Shown here: piece by piece, positions 48,138 to 57,525 of the stretch
Numbering within the stretch: the first letter of the stretch is position 1
Layout of the letters: every line of letters starts with the position of its first letter
Assembly: GCA_037440465.1 (NCBI GenBank)
Contig: JBBIUB010000003.1
Span: forward strand, 7,780-71,779
Origin: Coprothermobacterota bacterium
Lineage (GTDB): Bacteria > Coprothermobacterota > HKB111
Direction: 5' to 3'
Length of the DNA stretch: 64,000 nucleotides
The notes under the pieces: model-generated
What the model was told of the DNA's origin: nothing
The model's database searches: none
Seen by the model: only the letters and a program-made list of their open reading frames with translations
Made by a program: the position numbers and the translations under genes

Positions 48138-50162
48138 TTAAAAACTGAATCCCTTCTCTGTAAAAAGTCTGAAACAAGCGTCTACTGCCTCGGGTTCATA
48201 AAGTATTCCTTTATTCTGGGTAATCTCTTTCATTGTCTCTTCAAGCCCATGAGCAGGTCTATAAGGACGATGACTTAACATAGCTTCAACGACATCGGCT
48301 ACAGCTATTATTTTTGCCAGAAGAAGCATCTCTCTGTCTTTGAGACCCCGGGGATATCCTGACCCATCTAATCTTTCATGATGTTGGAGAGTAATTTCAG
48401 CAACAGGCCAGTGGAATTCTATATTCTTCAGGATATCGTAACCTGCCTGAGAGTGTGTTTTAATTATACTGAACTCAACCTCTGTCAATTTTTTTGGTTT
48501 TGTAAGAATTTCTGCTGGAACATTTACTTTACCAACATCGTGTAGTAGTCCTATAACTCTGATGGCTTCTACTTCCTCCTCTTTAAGATTCATCTCCCTC
48601 GTTATAGCACAAGCCAGCTTACTTACCCTTTCCTGATGACCTGAGGTATAAAGGTCTCTCAATTCAGTAGATACAACCAGGGCATATACAGCCCCTTCAA
48701 CCATCTTTTTAAATTGATGTAAAATCTCTCTCAGTTTTTCTTCTGCTTGTTTATGCTCAGTAATATCCACTATAGATGCAATGTTTCTCTTTGTTCCTGG
48801 TATCATTTCCACTACATTATAAACATTTAAAACTTTCCCTTCTCTGTTCAAGAAGTGGAACTCGTAATTTCTGGGTGCAGCCTTTGGGTCAATCCTTCTC
48901 ATTTTGTGATATTTAAGCATCCATTCTAAATCTTCAGGTTTAGTAAATTCTGTCCAGGCTTTCTTCCCTTCAATCTCTTCCTTAGAATAACCTGACATTT
49001 TTTCAAACTCACTGTTAGCTAGGATTATAGTATTATCGTCGTCTTCAATAATAGTTGCTGTTCCAGTATTTTCAAAAATTACTCGGTAAAGCTCTTCTTT
49101 CTCACTTAACTCTTCACGAGATTCTTCTATTACTCCCAACATCCCATTAATTGAATTAGCTAGCATAGATATCTCATCATTTCCTTTTAGATAAATATGC
49201 TCCGAGAGATCTCCACTTAAAGTAATGCGTTTTACAGAATCGCTGAGTTTAGTTAGTCGTGAAAGCACTACCTTGTTTAAAAAAGAAGTGATTATCAATC
49301 CAAACACTATACTTATTACCAACATAGAGAAGATATTAAGGTAAATATCTCTCCTGCCCTGCTGTAAAATTTCCCTTGAGCTATCCACCCTTAGTATCAG
49401 AATAGGATTTCTATAAACATCCTTGAGCACGGTATATCCTGCTATTGTAAAAGAATCCACTGGATTAACATAAACTGATTCATTATTAACCAGATGTGTT
49501 TTTGCTTTCTGGAAATCGGATAATACTGGTTCATTAAAGTTGGAAATGCTTATTGAAAGTCTGGTAAGCCCAGTTAATTTTCTTAATAGGTTGTTATCCA
49601 GATAACGACCCATAACAAGCACCCCATTGGTAGGTCCAATTTCATTACTTTTCAGTATATACCTTGAAGCCACGAGGAGAGGGTTTTCAGAAAGTATGAT
49701 GATACCAGCAGTACCTTTATTTACATCAGGGTTACGTAAGGGACCGTTTTCATTATCAAAGTACTCATTAATGGAGGGCGTTAAAGGTATTTTCAAACTA
49801 GTATTCAGGTCAAAGTATGTACCATAAAGAATTTCACCTGTCAGTTTTCTAAACAACATTAGATTGAGTTTCAGATTGGAAAAGGTTTCATCTAATAAAT
49901 TCGAATCTATATAATGCTGATTTGCGTCATTCATAAATTCATAGGTATCATCCCAAACACCCCAGTCATAAGTCAGGATGCTCAATCTTCCTATTTCTTC
50001 TGACAACGCCTCAACCACTCTCTCAATATTCTGGCCAGTCTTCTCTAATTCCATTCTCTCTATATAATCAAGTTGAATATAAGAAGAAATAGCTGTCATA
50101 ACCACTATTAAAATAATAAAGGTTATTCCAAAAACTATAGGAACTCTTGTTCTAAGTTTCAC
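48138..50162 (-). CDS. CHASE4-HAMP-PAS-HD-GYP c-di-GMP phosphodiesterase
   Basis: TM, DWGVWDDTY CHASE4, TM, DEI..L..IN HAMP, PAS, YT.GH..RV, LHDVGK, HHERLDGSGYP. Confidence 0.92.
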   Translation of the reverse strand: MKLRTRVPIVFGITFIILIVVMTAISSYIQLDYIERMELEKTGQNIERVVEALSEEIGRLSILTYDWGVWDDTYEFMNDANQHYIDSNLLDETFSNLKLNLMLFRKLTGEILYGTYFDLNTSLKIPLTPSINEYFDNENGPLRNPDVNKGTAGIIILSENPLLVASRYILKSNEIGPTNGVLVMGRYLDNNLLRKLTGLTRLSISISNFNEPVLSDFQKAKTHLVNNESVYVNPVDSFTIAGYTVLKDVYRNPILILRVDSSREILQQGRRDIYLNIFSMLVISIVFGLIITSFLNKVVLSRLTKLSDSVKRITLSGDLSEHIYLKGNDEISMLANSINGMLGVIEESREELSEKEELYRVIFENTGTATIIEDDDNTIILANSEFEKMSGYSKEEIEGKKAWTEFTKPEDLEWMLKYHKMRRIDPKAAPRNYEFHFLNREGKVLNVYNVVEMIPGTKRNIASIVDITEHKQAEEKLREILHQFKKMVEGAVYALVVSTELRDLYTSGHQERVSKLACAITREMNLKEEEVEAIRVIGLLHDVGKVNVPAEILTKPKKLTEVEFSIIKTHSQAGYDILKNIEFHWPVAEITLQHHERLDGSGYPRGLKDREMLLLAKIIAVADVVEAMLSHRPYRPAHGLEETMKEITQNKGILYEPEAVDACFRLFTEKGFSF

Positions 50163-50421
50163 AATTTATATCCTATGGATAGTTTACTGATAAATAGTAT
50201 ATGTTTCTCAATTTTACATTTCATATTATTAATACGTTAATCCTCCACACAATTGCTATTGTAACACACAATTTTTTACTTGAATAACTTATTTATAAAG
50301 AATTTTAACTAAGTATAATTATCCGTAAACATCATCTAAGAAATAATTTTACTTAAATCAATCTGTCTTTAAGGTAAAATAAGAGTGACAATCTGAAAAT
50401 TATTATAGGGAGGAAAAACTT

Positions 50422-51756
50422 GTGAAGATATCTATACTCGGTGGCGGAGGAACCAGAACTCCCCTTTTAGTGAAGGGGTTTTTAACCATGGAAGAAAAAC
50501 TCGGGTTAGAAGAGATATCACTTATGGACATAGATGAAGAACGGCTACTTCTCATTAAAAAGGTCCTTGACGAAATAAGTAGAGAAACAGGCGAGAAGGT
50601 AAGGTTAACATATACTCTCGATATAAAAGCAAGCATAGATAATGCCTCTTTTGTAGTCTGTGCCATTCGGGTGGGTGGAGAAAAATTGAGGATTCTGGAT
50701 GAAAAAATTCCCTTAAGTTTTAATGTACTTGGTCAGGAGACCATGGGTCCCGGTGGCTTTGCTATGGCAGTCAGAACAATCCCTGTTGTGTTAAAAATAG
50801 CCGATCAACTTAACGAAGTGAATCCTGAAGCCTGGTTAATAAACTTCACAAATCCGTCTGGAATTATCACTCAATCTTTGGTAAGCCATTCTCCCCTAAA
50901 AAAAGTAGTAGGGATATGCGATGCCCCCTCTTACCTTCAGAAGGTTATCGCATACTTCATGAATAAAAAGGAAGAGGATATATTCCTTGACTACTTCGGA
51001 CTAAACCACTTCGGGTGGATAAAGGGAGTTTATGTAGATGGAAAAGATCTGTTACCATCCATCCTCAATCTAATCACGAAAACTCCTGACTTTGAGAAAA
51101 TTACCAGGTTTCCTCCTGACCTTCTGACATTAATCAAAATGCTTCCTAACCCTTATCTTTATTACTATTATTTCAAGAATGAAGCCACCAAAAACCTGAT
51201 AATGGCAGAGAAAACCCGTGGTGAAATAATAAAAGAGATGAATGATGAACTCTTCAGCTCTCTTAAAGAAAGTAAAATTCCACTTCTCACTTATAATAAC
51301 TACATTTCTATGAGAGAATCCTCTCCTATAACTATGGCTGAATTTTTTAATGAAAATATGTCCTTCGCTGAAGGAGAAGGCTATGTAGATGTGGCGTTAA
51401 AAGTTATAGAAGGACTTTCAGGAAGTGAAAATAAATCAGTAATTATAAATACAAAAAATTTAACAGCTTCACCAGGATTTAATGAAGATGATGTAGTGGA
51501 AGTACCATCAATAATAAGAAATGGTTTCGTTCGACCCATCAGTACAGGAAATATTCCTTCTGAATGTTTGAATATTCTCAAACAATTAAAAACATACGAA
51601 CACTTGCTTATTGAAGGGGTAACAACTTCTTCGTATAACACCCTCCTTTACGCTCTTACTCTGAACCTCTGGATACCATCTTATAACCTGGCACGCAAGA
51701 TTCTTGATTCTTTTATAGAAGAAGAAAAAGACTATTTTCCTGATCTTACAAAATAA
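50422..51756 (+). CDS. Family 4 glycoside hydrolase (6-phospho-beta-glucosidase-like)
   Basis: ILGGG, IRVGG, DEKIP..GQETMGPGG, INFTNPSG, GICD, GLNHF. Confidence 0.92.
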   Translation: MKISILGGGGTRTPLLVKGFLTMEEKLGLEEISLMDIDEERLLLIKKVLDEISRETGEKVRLTYTLDIKASIDNASFVVCAIRVGGEKLRILDEKIPLSFNVLGQETMGPGGFAMAVRTIPVVLKIADQLNEVNPEAWLINFTNPSGIITQSLVSHSPLKKVVGICDAPSYLQKVIAYFMNKKEEDIFLDYFGLNHFGWIKGVYVDGKDLLPSILNLITKTPDFEKITRFPPDLLTLIKMLPNPYLYYYYFKNEATKNLIMAEKTRGEIIKEMNDELFSSLKESKIPLLTYNNYISMRESSPITMAEFFNENMSFAEGEGYVDVALKVIEGLSGSENKSVIINTKNLTASPGFNEDDVVEVPSIIRNGFVRPISTGNIPSECLNILKQLKTYEHLLIEGVTTSSYNTLLYALTLNLWIPSYNLARKILDSFIEEEKDYFPDLTK

Positions 51757-51813
51757 GAAAAGGGAACACATGATAGTATTAAATAGACTACATCCATATA
51801 AGGAGAAGAATTA

Positions 51814-52563
51814 ATGACTAATAAGAAAGTAAAATATCTTATCCCCATCCCGAAAATAGAAGAAGGTCATAAATTCCTCATTGTCCAACCACATCCAGAT
51901 GATGCTGACATCTATGCTGGTGGTTTTGCAGCTTCCATGATAGAAAAAGGGAAAGAAGTAGTATATGTAACTGTAACTGATGGTGCAATGGGTACCACAG
52001 ATAGAACTCTTAAACCAGTTGAGTTAGCTACTATAAGGAGAAGTGAAGCCGAAACATCAGCTAAAACTCTGGGAGTTAATAGATTAATCTTTCTCGGATA
52101 TCCTGACGCAGATGCCATCACACACAAAGAACTCAGAAGAGACTTCATCGGATTAATTCGTCAAGAAAAGCCAGACGGCATACTCCTTCCAGACCCCTGG
52201 CTTCCCTACGAAGCTCACACCGGACATGTAATAGTGGGGTTGGCAGGAGCAGAAGCAGCTTTATTTTCACCCTTACCTCATTTTGAACCAAAGGGAGAAC
52301 CCCACGAATTAAAGTTAGTAGCCTTTTACACCTCACACAAACCTAATACATTTGTTGATATAACTCCCTTCTGGGAGAAGAAACTTAAAGCTATCAGTAT
52401 GCATAAAAGTCAATTTTCTCCGGATTTATTCAAGTTATTTTCCATATACCTGGAAGTTATGTCAAGAGAATGGGGCGAAGATGGTGGTTTTGAAAAAGCA
52501 GAAGCTTTTAAAGTCCTTACTCTCTATCATCTTCATGGAAATGTAGATACCTGGGAATTATAA
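51814..52563 (+). CDS. PIG-L/LmbE-family deacetylase, diacetylchitobiose deacetylase-like
   Basis: QPHPDD, TDG..G, RR.E, PDPWLPYEAH, HKSQF, AEAF. Confidence 0.88.
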   Translation: MTNKKVKYLIPIPKIEEGHKFLIVQPHPDDADIYAGGFAASMIEKGKEVVYVTVTDGAMGTTDRTLKPVELATIRRSEAETSAKTLGVNRLIFLGYPDADAITHKELRRDFIGLIRQEKPDGILLPDPWLPYEAHTGHVIVGLAGAEAALFSPLPHFEPKGEPHELKLVAFYTSHKPNTFVDITPFWEKKLKAISMHKSQFSPDLFKLFSIYLEVMSREWGEDGGFEKAEAFKVLTLYHLHGNVDTWEL

Positions 52564-52628
52564 TAATTAAATAGATGATTTAAAAAATTATGTTTAAAAT
52601 AAAACAAAACTGAGGAGGTGTTATTATT

Positions 52629-53597
52629 ATGAATTTCTTCTTAGGAGTTGACGGTGGAGCTACTAAAACAAAAGCAGTTATTGGGGATAATAATGGTAAT
52701 ATTCTTGGTAAAGGTGAGGGGCCTCCATCAAATTATCACTTGATTGGTTTGGAAGGAGCTATGGGTGCTATAAAATTAGCTGTAGATGCTGCCCTACTGG
52801 AAGCATCTATATCAATAAATAATATTGAAAGAGCAGTCTTCGGTCTGGCAGGAGCTGACCTTCCAGCTCATTTCAAAGAACTGGAAAAGGGACTAAATAA
52901 TACCTTCCCTAACCTTTCGCTACGGGTTGTAAATGACACCTGTGTAGCTCTAAAAGGAGGCAGTAGAAAGGGTTGGGGTGTAGCTTTGGTTTGTGGCACC
53001 GGTGCTAATGCTTGTATATGCACTCCACTTGGAAAATGGTTCACCTTGAGAGGTCTGGGCTACGAAACAGGTCTTGCTGGAGGAGCTATGAATATAATAA
53101 GAGACATCCTTCATCACGCTTTCCGCTCACATGATGGTATAGGACCCAAAACTAAATTAGAAGAAGAAGTACTAAAATCAGTCAATTTAAATAACTATGA
53201 TGAAATCGCAGAATTGGTCTTCGGATTCTTCCTCTTCCCGAATTTTACAAGACCCGAATTTATAAACCTTTTAAATCTTTTACCGATGCTTTTCCAGTTG
53301 GCATCAGAAGGTGATGAAATTTCTCAAGATATACTCATTCATCACGGAAAAATGTTAGGTGAAATAGCAGGATGGTTAATTAAAAAGATGGGATTAGAAA
53401 TGGAAGAGACAGAAGTTGTCCTGGTAGGAGGAATCTACCAGGGAGTTAATCCTCTTCTAATAGATCAGCTTACTATTTCTCTTCATCAATTGGCTCCAAG
53501 AGCAAGGATAGTATTCCCCTTTGCTGAGCCTGTAATAGGAGGATATCTTGTGGCTTTAGAGGACAGCGGTATTGAGAAACCTGCTGCTTATAAGTAA
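52629..53597 (+). CDS. BadF/BadG/BcrA/BcrD-type sugar kinase (GlcNAc kinase-like)
   Basis: GVDGGATKT, GLAGAD, VNDT, CGTGAN, VGG. Confidence 0.87.
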   Translation: MNFFLGVDGGATKTKAVIGDNNGNILGKGEGPPSNYHLIGLEGAMGAIKLAVDAALLEASISINNIERAVFGLAGADLPAHFKELEKGLNNTFPNLSLRVVNDTCVALKGGSRKGWGVALVCGTGANACICTPLGKWFTLRGLGYETGLAGGAMNIIRDILHHAFRSHDGIGPKTKLEEEVLKSVNLNNYDEIAELVFGFFLFPNFTRPEFINLLNLLPMLFQLASEGDEISQDILIHHGKMLGEIAGWLIKKMGLEMEETEVVLVGGIYQGVNPLLIDQLTISLHQLAPRARIVFPFAEPVIGGYLVALEDSGIEKPAAYK

Positions 53598-53619
53598 AAC
53601 ATAACTACGGGAGGAAAAA

Positions 53620-54732
53620 GTGGGAATCGGAGCTGGATTATCTGGACTAAGCTGGGGGAACCTTTTAATGTTTTTGGTAGGGCTTTTCTTGATTTACCTG
53701 GGTATATTCAAAAAAATGGAGCCCTTTCTTCTTATACCTATCGGTTTCGGGGTTATCCTGGCAAACCTTCCAGGAGCTGAGTTAATAGCATTTGATGATA
53801 CAGGAGAAACAAAAGGAGTGCTTGCTTTAATCTATAAGTATGGCATCTCCAGCTCTCTTATTCCCCTTCTTATCTTTCTGGGTCTGGGAGCAGCTGTAGA
53901 TTTTTCACCAACAATTGCTCGCCCTGTCTCACTTCTTTTTGGCGCTGCAGCCCAACTAGGAGTGTTCGCTACAATTATAGTGGCAATCCTGATGGGGTTT
54001 AGTCCTGGAGAAGCTGCTTCCATTGGTATAATTGGCGGTTCAGATGGTCCACCTACTGTTTATCTAACAGCTCGATTAGCTCCTCAGCTTCTTGGGCCCA
54101 TTACCCTCGTTGCTTACTCTTATATGGCTTTAGTTCCTATAATCCAACCTCCTGTAATAAAACTTTTAACATCAAAAAAGGAGAGGGCCATACTCATGAA
54201 ACCTCAAATACGCTCTGTTTCAAAGTTAGAACAGATTATTTTTCCTTTACTTATCCTCCTTCCCTCTGCATTGTTGATTCCAAAAGCAGCACCGCTTCTC
54301 GGTATGTTGATGTTCGGTAATATCTTGAGAGTTAGTGGAGTAACTGAAAGATTAGCCATTTCAGCAAGTGGAGTTTTTCTGGATGTTTTAACTTTTCTTC
54401 TTGGTTTATGCGTTGGTGCACTTATGCCTGCAGAGATTTTCCTTCGCACCCAAACTTTAGCCATTATCTTCCTGGCTGCTATTGCCTTCACTGTTTGTAC
54501 AGCAGGCGGCATACTAATGGCAAAATTTGTTAATTTATTTCTTAAGGAACCGATAAACCCATTGATTGGAGCAGCAGGGGTATCTGCTGTACCTATGTCA
54601 GCGAGAGTGGTACAAAAACTTGGCCAGGAGGCAAATCCTGAGAATTTCCTTCTCATGCATGCTATGGGACCAAACGCAGCAGGAGTTATTGCTACATCAG
54701 TTGTTGCTGGTTTACTCTTGACTCTATTTTGA
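53620..54732 (+). CDS. Sodium ion-translocating decarboxylase subunit beta (OadB/MmdB/GcdB family)
   Basis: EPFLLIPIGFG, GAAAQLG, IGIIGGSDGP, AYSYMALVP, GAAGVSAVPMSARV, HAMGPN. Confidence 0.96.
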   Translation: MGIGAGLSGLSWGNLLMFLVGLFLIYLGIFKKMEPFLLIPIGFGVILANLPGAELIAFDDTGETKGVLALIYKYGISSSLIPLLIFLGLGAAVDFSPTIARPVSLLFGAAAQLGVFATIIVAILMGFSPGEAASIGIIGGSDGPPTVYLTARLAPQLLGPITLVAYSYMALVPIIQPPVIKLLTSKKERAILMKPQIRSVSKLEQIIFPLLILLPSALLIPKAAPLLGMLMFGNILRVSGVTERLAISASGVFLDVLTFLLGLCVGALMPAEIFLRTQTLAIIFLAAIAFTVCTAGGILMAKFVNLFLKEPINPLIGAAGVSAVPMSARVVQKLGQEANPENFLLMHAMGPNAAGVIATSVVAGLLLTLF

Positions 54733-54764
54733 AGGTAAGATTATTAAGCCAATATCTTAGTGTA

Positions 54765-55637
54765 TTAACTGCCTTTCTCCACCAGGCTTACTTTTAGTAA
54801 GATAAGTGGAGTAAGGTAAGCCATTGTAAAACCAATAAGAAAATACCTGATAAATATAAAAATAATGGTAGATGGAAAAGCATATTTTAATCCAATCCAG
54901 GTTATGAAAATCAAGGGAATTGCTATAAGCAATCTTAAAACCTTCTGCTTAATGCTTCCCTTTGTGCTGAAAGATATAGTTTCATCTTCAAAATAAAAAC
55001 CTATTGATACTCCTAAAAGTGCGCCTGTACTAACCACACCACTTTCTGAATGATATAAAAATAAGAGTATTAGTGGTATGAATAAAGCTAAGGCTAACCT
55101 AATAAGAGTGTTATTACTTCTTAGTTTAGAAACTAATTCTTCCCAGATAGTTAAAAGGATTATTCCAATAACTAAACCACCAAGTATATCTTGAGGAAAA
55201 TGAACTCCAAGGTAAATCCGAGAAAGACTTATAAGAATAATTAAAGGTAAAATTAAAAACCACAGATACCATCTTCTCATCCTAATGCCAAGATAGCTCC
55301 ATAAAACCAAACCATTCTGCGCATGACTGCTGGGAAAAGAGGGAGAAGTTTCTGTTGTTAACATTTCTATCTGAAGGTCAAATGGACGTGGAATACTGAA
55401 AAAGTCTTTGACATATAAGCTAATGTACGTAGAGAAGAGTAAAAGATAGGCAAGGCCTCTACTCCAATATTTATTGACTGTTAAGTAAATTACTGGAAAG
55501 AGAAGGAGATAGAACTCCTCATCTCCCAGGAAAGTTATATACCTAAAGAAAAAATCTAAGGAACTCGTCCTGAAACTCTGAATAAAGATGATGAACTCTG
55601 TACCGGGCTTAACCAGTTCATTTAATAAGTCCATCAT
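54765..55637 (-). CDS. PAP2-family membrane phosphatase
   Basis: K......RP, SFPSSH, SRIYLGVHFPQD. Confidence 0.92.
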   Translation of the reverse strand: MMDLLNELVKPGTEFIIFIQSFRTSSLDFFFRYITFLGDEEFYLLLFPVIYLTVNKYWSRGLAYLLLFSTYISLYVKDFFSIPRPFDLQIEMLTTETSPSFPSSHAQNGLVLWSYLGIRMRRWYLWFLILPLIILISLSRIYLGVHFPQDILGGLVIGIILLTIWEELVSKLRSNNTLIRLALALFIPLILLFLYHSESGVVSTGALLGVSIGFYFEDETISFSTKGSIKQKVLRLLIAIPLIFITWIGLKYAFPSTIIFIFIRYFLIGFTMAYLTPLILLKVSLVEKGS

Positions 55638-55653
55638 CTATCTAGATACCTTC

Positions 55654-56316
55654 CTAACTCTTTTTGATTTTTTTACTCGGCCTGGCCATACCTCCAGATA
55701 TCACCAGCCTCATTCCTTCCTCTATTGTATAGTTAGTGTCTATAACTTCTTCCCTTGGTACCAGAATAAAGAATCCACTGGTGGGGTTAGGAGTTGAAGC
55801 CACGAAAACCTTAACCATGTCCTTTCCGGTTATGTCTTTAAAGTCGTCTATTACCTCTCCTGTGACAAAACCTATTGAGTAAATACCAGCCCGTGGATAT
55901 TGCACCAGGACTACTCTTCTAAAAGCAGTGCTTCTACCATCTCTATCGGAAAAGATGGCATCACTTATTTGTTTTATTGTTGAATAGACAGCACTCACCA
56001 TAGGAAGCTTCTTAATAATGAATTCAGCCCAGCTGAAAAGATAACGCCCTACTACATTGGTTACAGCAATACCCATAAAAAGAGCCAACACCAGAAAAGC
56101 CAGCAGTCCCAGCCCAGGTACTTTAGCGTTGATGATGGAAGAAATTATCCCCCCCAGAATGCTGTCTACCAGAAGAAAGAGAGTCCATAAAACATAAATT
56201 GTGGTTACTACTGGTATAAGAGTAAGAATACCTGTTATAAAATACCTTCTGAATAGAGGCCAGGTAAATGTTTTAATAATCTTTAACAAATTAATACCAC
56301 CTCCTTTTCTTCTCAT
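55654..56316 (-). CDS. DUF502 membrane protein (start may be TTG 56289)
   Basis: FITGIL..IP, P.V..VY...KQ, V.YP, FV..TPNPTSGF, ISGG. Confidence 0.9.
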   Translation of the reverse strand: MRRKGGGINLLKIIKTFTWPLFRRYFITGILTLIPVVTTIYVLWTLFLLVDSILGGIISSIINAKVPGLGLLAFLVLALFMGIAVTNVVGRYLFSWAEFIIKKLPMVSAVYSTIKQISDAIFSDRDGRSTAFRRVVLVQYPRAGIYSIGFVTGEVIDDFKDITGKDMVKVFVASTPNPTSGFFILVPREEVIDTNYTIEEGMRLVISGGMARPSKKIKKS

Positions 56317-57507
56317 TTAAAAACCCTTTACTACCACAATCGGTGTGGCTGCATCGGCTGAACCACTTATCAAGTCAGCCAGGCTCGCCAGAATATCTTC
56401 AGCTCTTCGGGGGGTAGTGCCAAGTTCTTCAGTAGCATCGGTAGGAATAGTTTTCAGAGTTTCTTTTTTTGTATTAATATAACCTTCTATTACATCTCTT
56501 GATTTACCTTCTTTATGCAAAACATCAGCTATATATTTATATTTAAGACCTATTCTCCATCGTCCACTTAATCCCTTAGTAACTCCAAAGGCTGGCTGAG
56601 GGTCAGCAAGTTCATAAATACCTGATATGGGGTCTTTATAGGCACCATCTCCATAAATAATAACTTCTACTTTTTTATCAAATTCATCGAGTATTTTTGA
56701 TTGAATTTTACATGCAACTTCATTGCCATCCCTGGGAGCCAGCTTAACCCTTTCAGGGTAAGATAGGTTACTTCCTAAAAGCCCCCACTCAGACCAAGCA
56801 CCATCACGATGTTGGTTGAAGAACTCCTGCAAAGTCAAAACATTTCTATTTACCTCAGTTAGTTTATTATTTATTTCATCACGTTGGTGGATGCTTGAAA
56901 CAATAACTCCCTTGGGATTAGAGGACAAAATCTCAAGAGGATCATTAGAAAGAAAAATATTAGCAACAACCCCTTCCCCTTTAATAATTTCTTCATAAAG
57001 AGAGAGATAATTTACACCTGTTATGGGGTGAGTAAGATTTTTTCCTTCAAGTTCTTCCCTACTTATTCTGGATCCCAGAATCTTACCCATCTCTTGGAGA
57101 GTTTCATCAGTTATGAGTCTATTCCCCACCTCATCAAGAGGAAAAGATAATTGAAGAATTACTTTTCCCTTATTTACAGCTCGGGCTATTCCTTTTAGCA
57201 AAAGAGAAAATCTATTTCTACTTAAAATCGGGAAGAGCACACCAATAACATCGTTCTCTTTAACCCCCAGTTTCCTTCTAACTTCAAGGGCAATATCGTC
57301 TACTGAAACATAATTATCCTGGGAGCGGGCTACTACAGACTCAGTTACGCAAACCACATCACCATCCGCAAGTAGATTATCAGTAAAGGGTTTCCGCAGA
57401 ATATCTACTACTACACTTGCTATATCATCACCTGGAAGAATCACGCCTCCCTTAATTCCAAAAGCCACAACACCAAGATAATTCTCTTTTTTATTTATTA
57501 GATTCAC
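56317..57507 (-). CDS. Coenzyme F420-0:L-glutamate ligase (CofE)-domain protein of unknown substrate
   Basis: I.PGDD, DGDVVCVTESVVAR.Q, YGDGAYKDP, GTTPR..D..ASLADL.SGS..TPIV.V.G. Confidence 0.75.
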   Translation of the reverse strand: MNLINKKENYLGVVAFGIKGGVILPGDDIASVVVDILRKPFTDNLLADGDVVCVTESVVARSQDNYVSVDDIALEVRRKLGVKENDVIGVLFPILSRNRFSLLLKGIARAVNKGKVILQLSFPLDEVGNRLITDETLQEMGKILGSRISREELEGKNLTHPITGVNYLSLYEEIIKGEGVVANIFLSNDPLEILSSNPKGVIVSSIHQRDEINNKLTEVNRNVLTLQEFFNQHRDGAWSEWGLLGSNLSYPERVKLAPRDGNEVACKIQSKILDEFDKKVEVIIYGDGAYKDPISGIYELADPQPAFGVTKGLSGRWRIGLKYKYIADVLHKEGKSRDVIEGYINTKKETLKTIPTDATEELGTTPRRAEDILASLADLISGSADAATPIVVVKGF

Positions 57508-57525
57508 CTATTTGTCACCTCTCTT

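Noticed and set aside
50240-50275. Direct repeat CACACAATT in the HD-GYP/GH4 divergent region
   Set aside because: Two short copies in very AT-rich DNA with no adjacent regulator gene; insufficient support for an operator.
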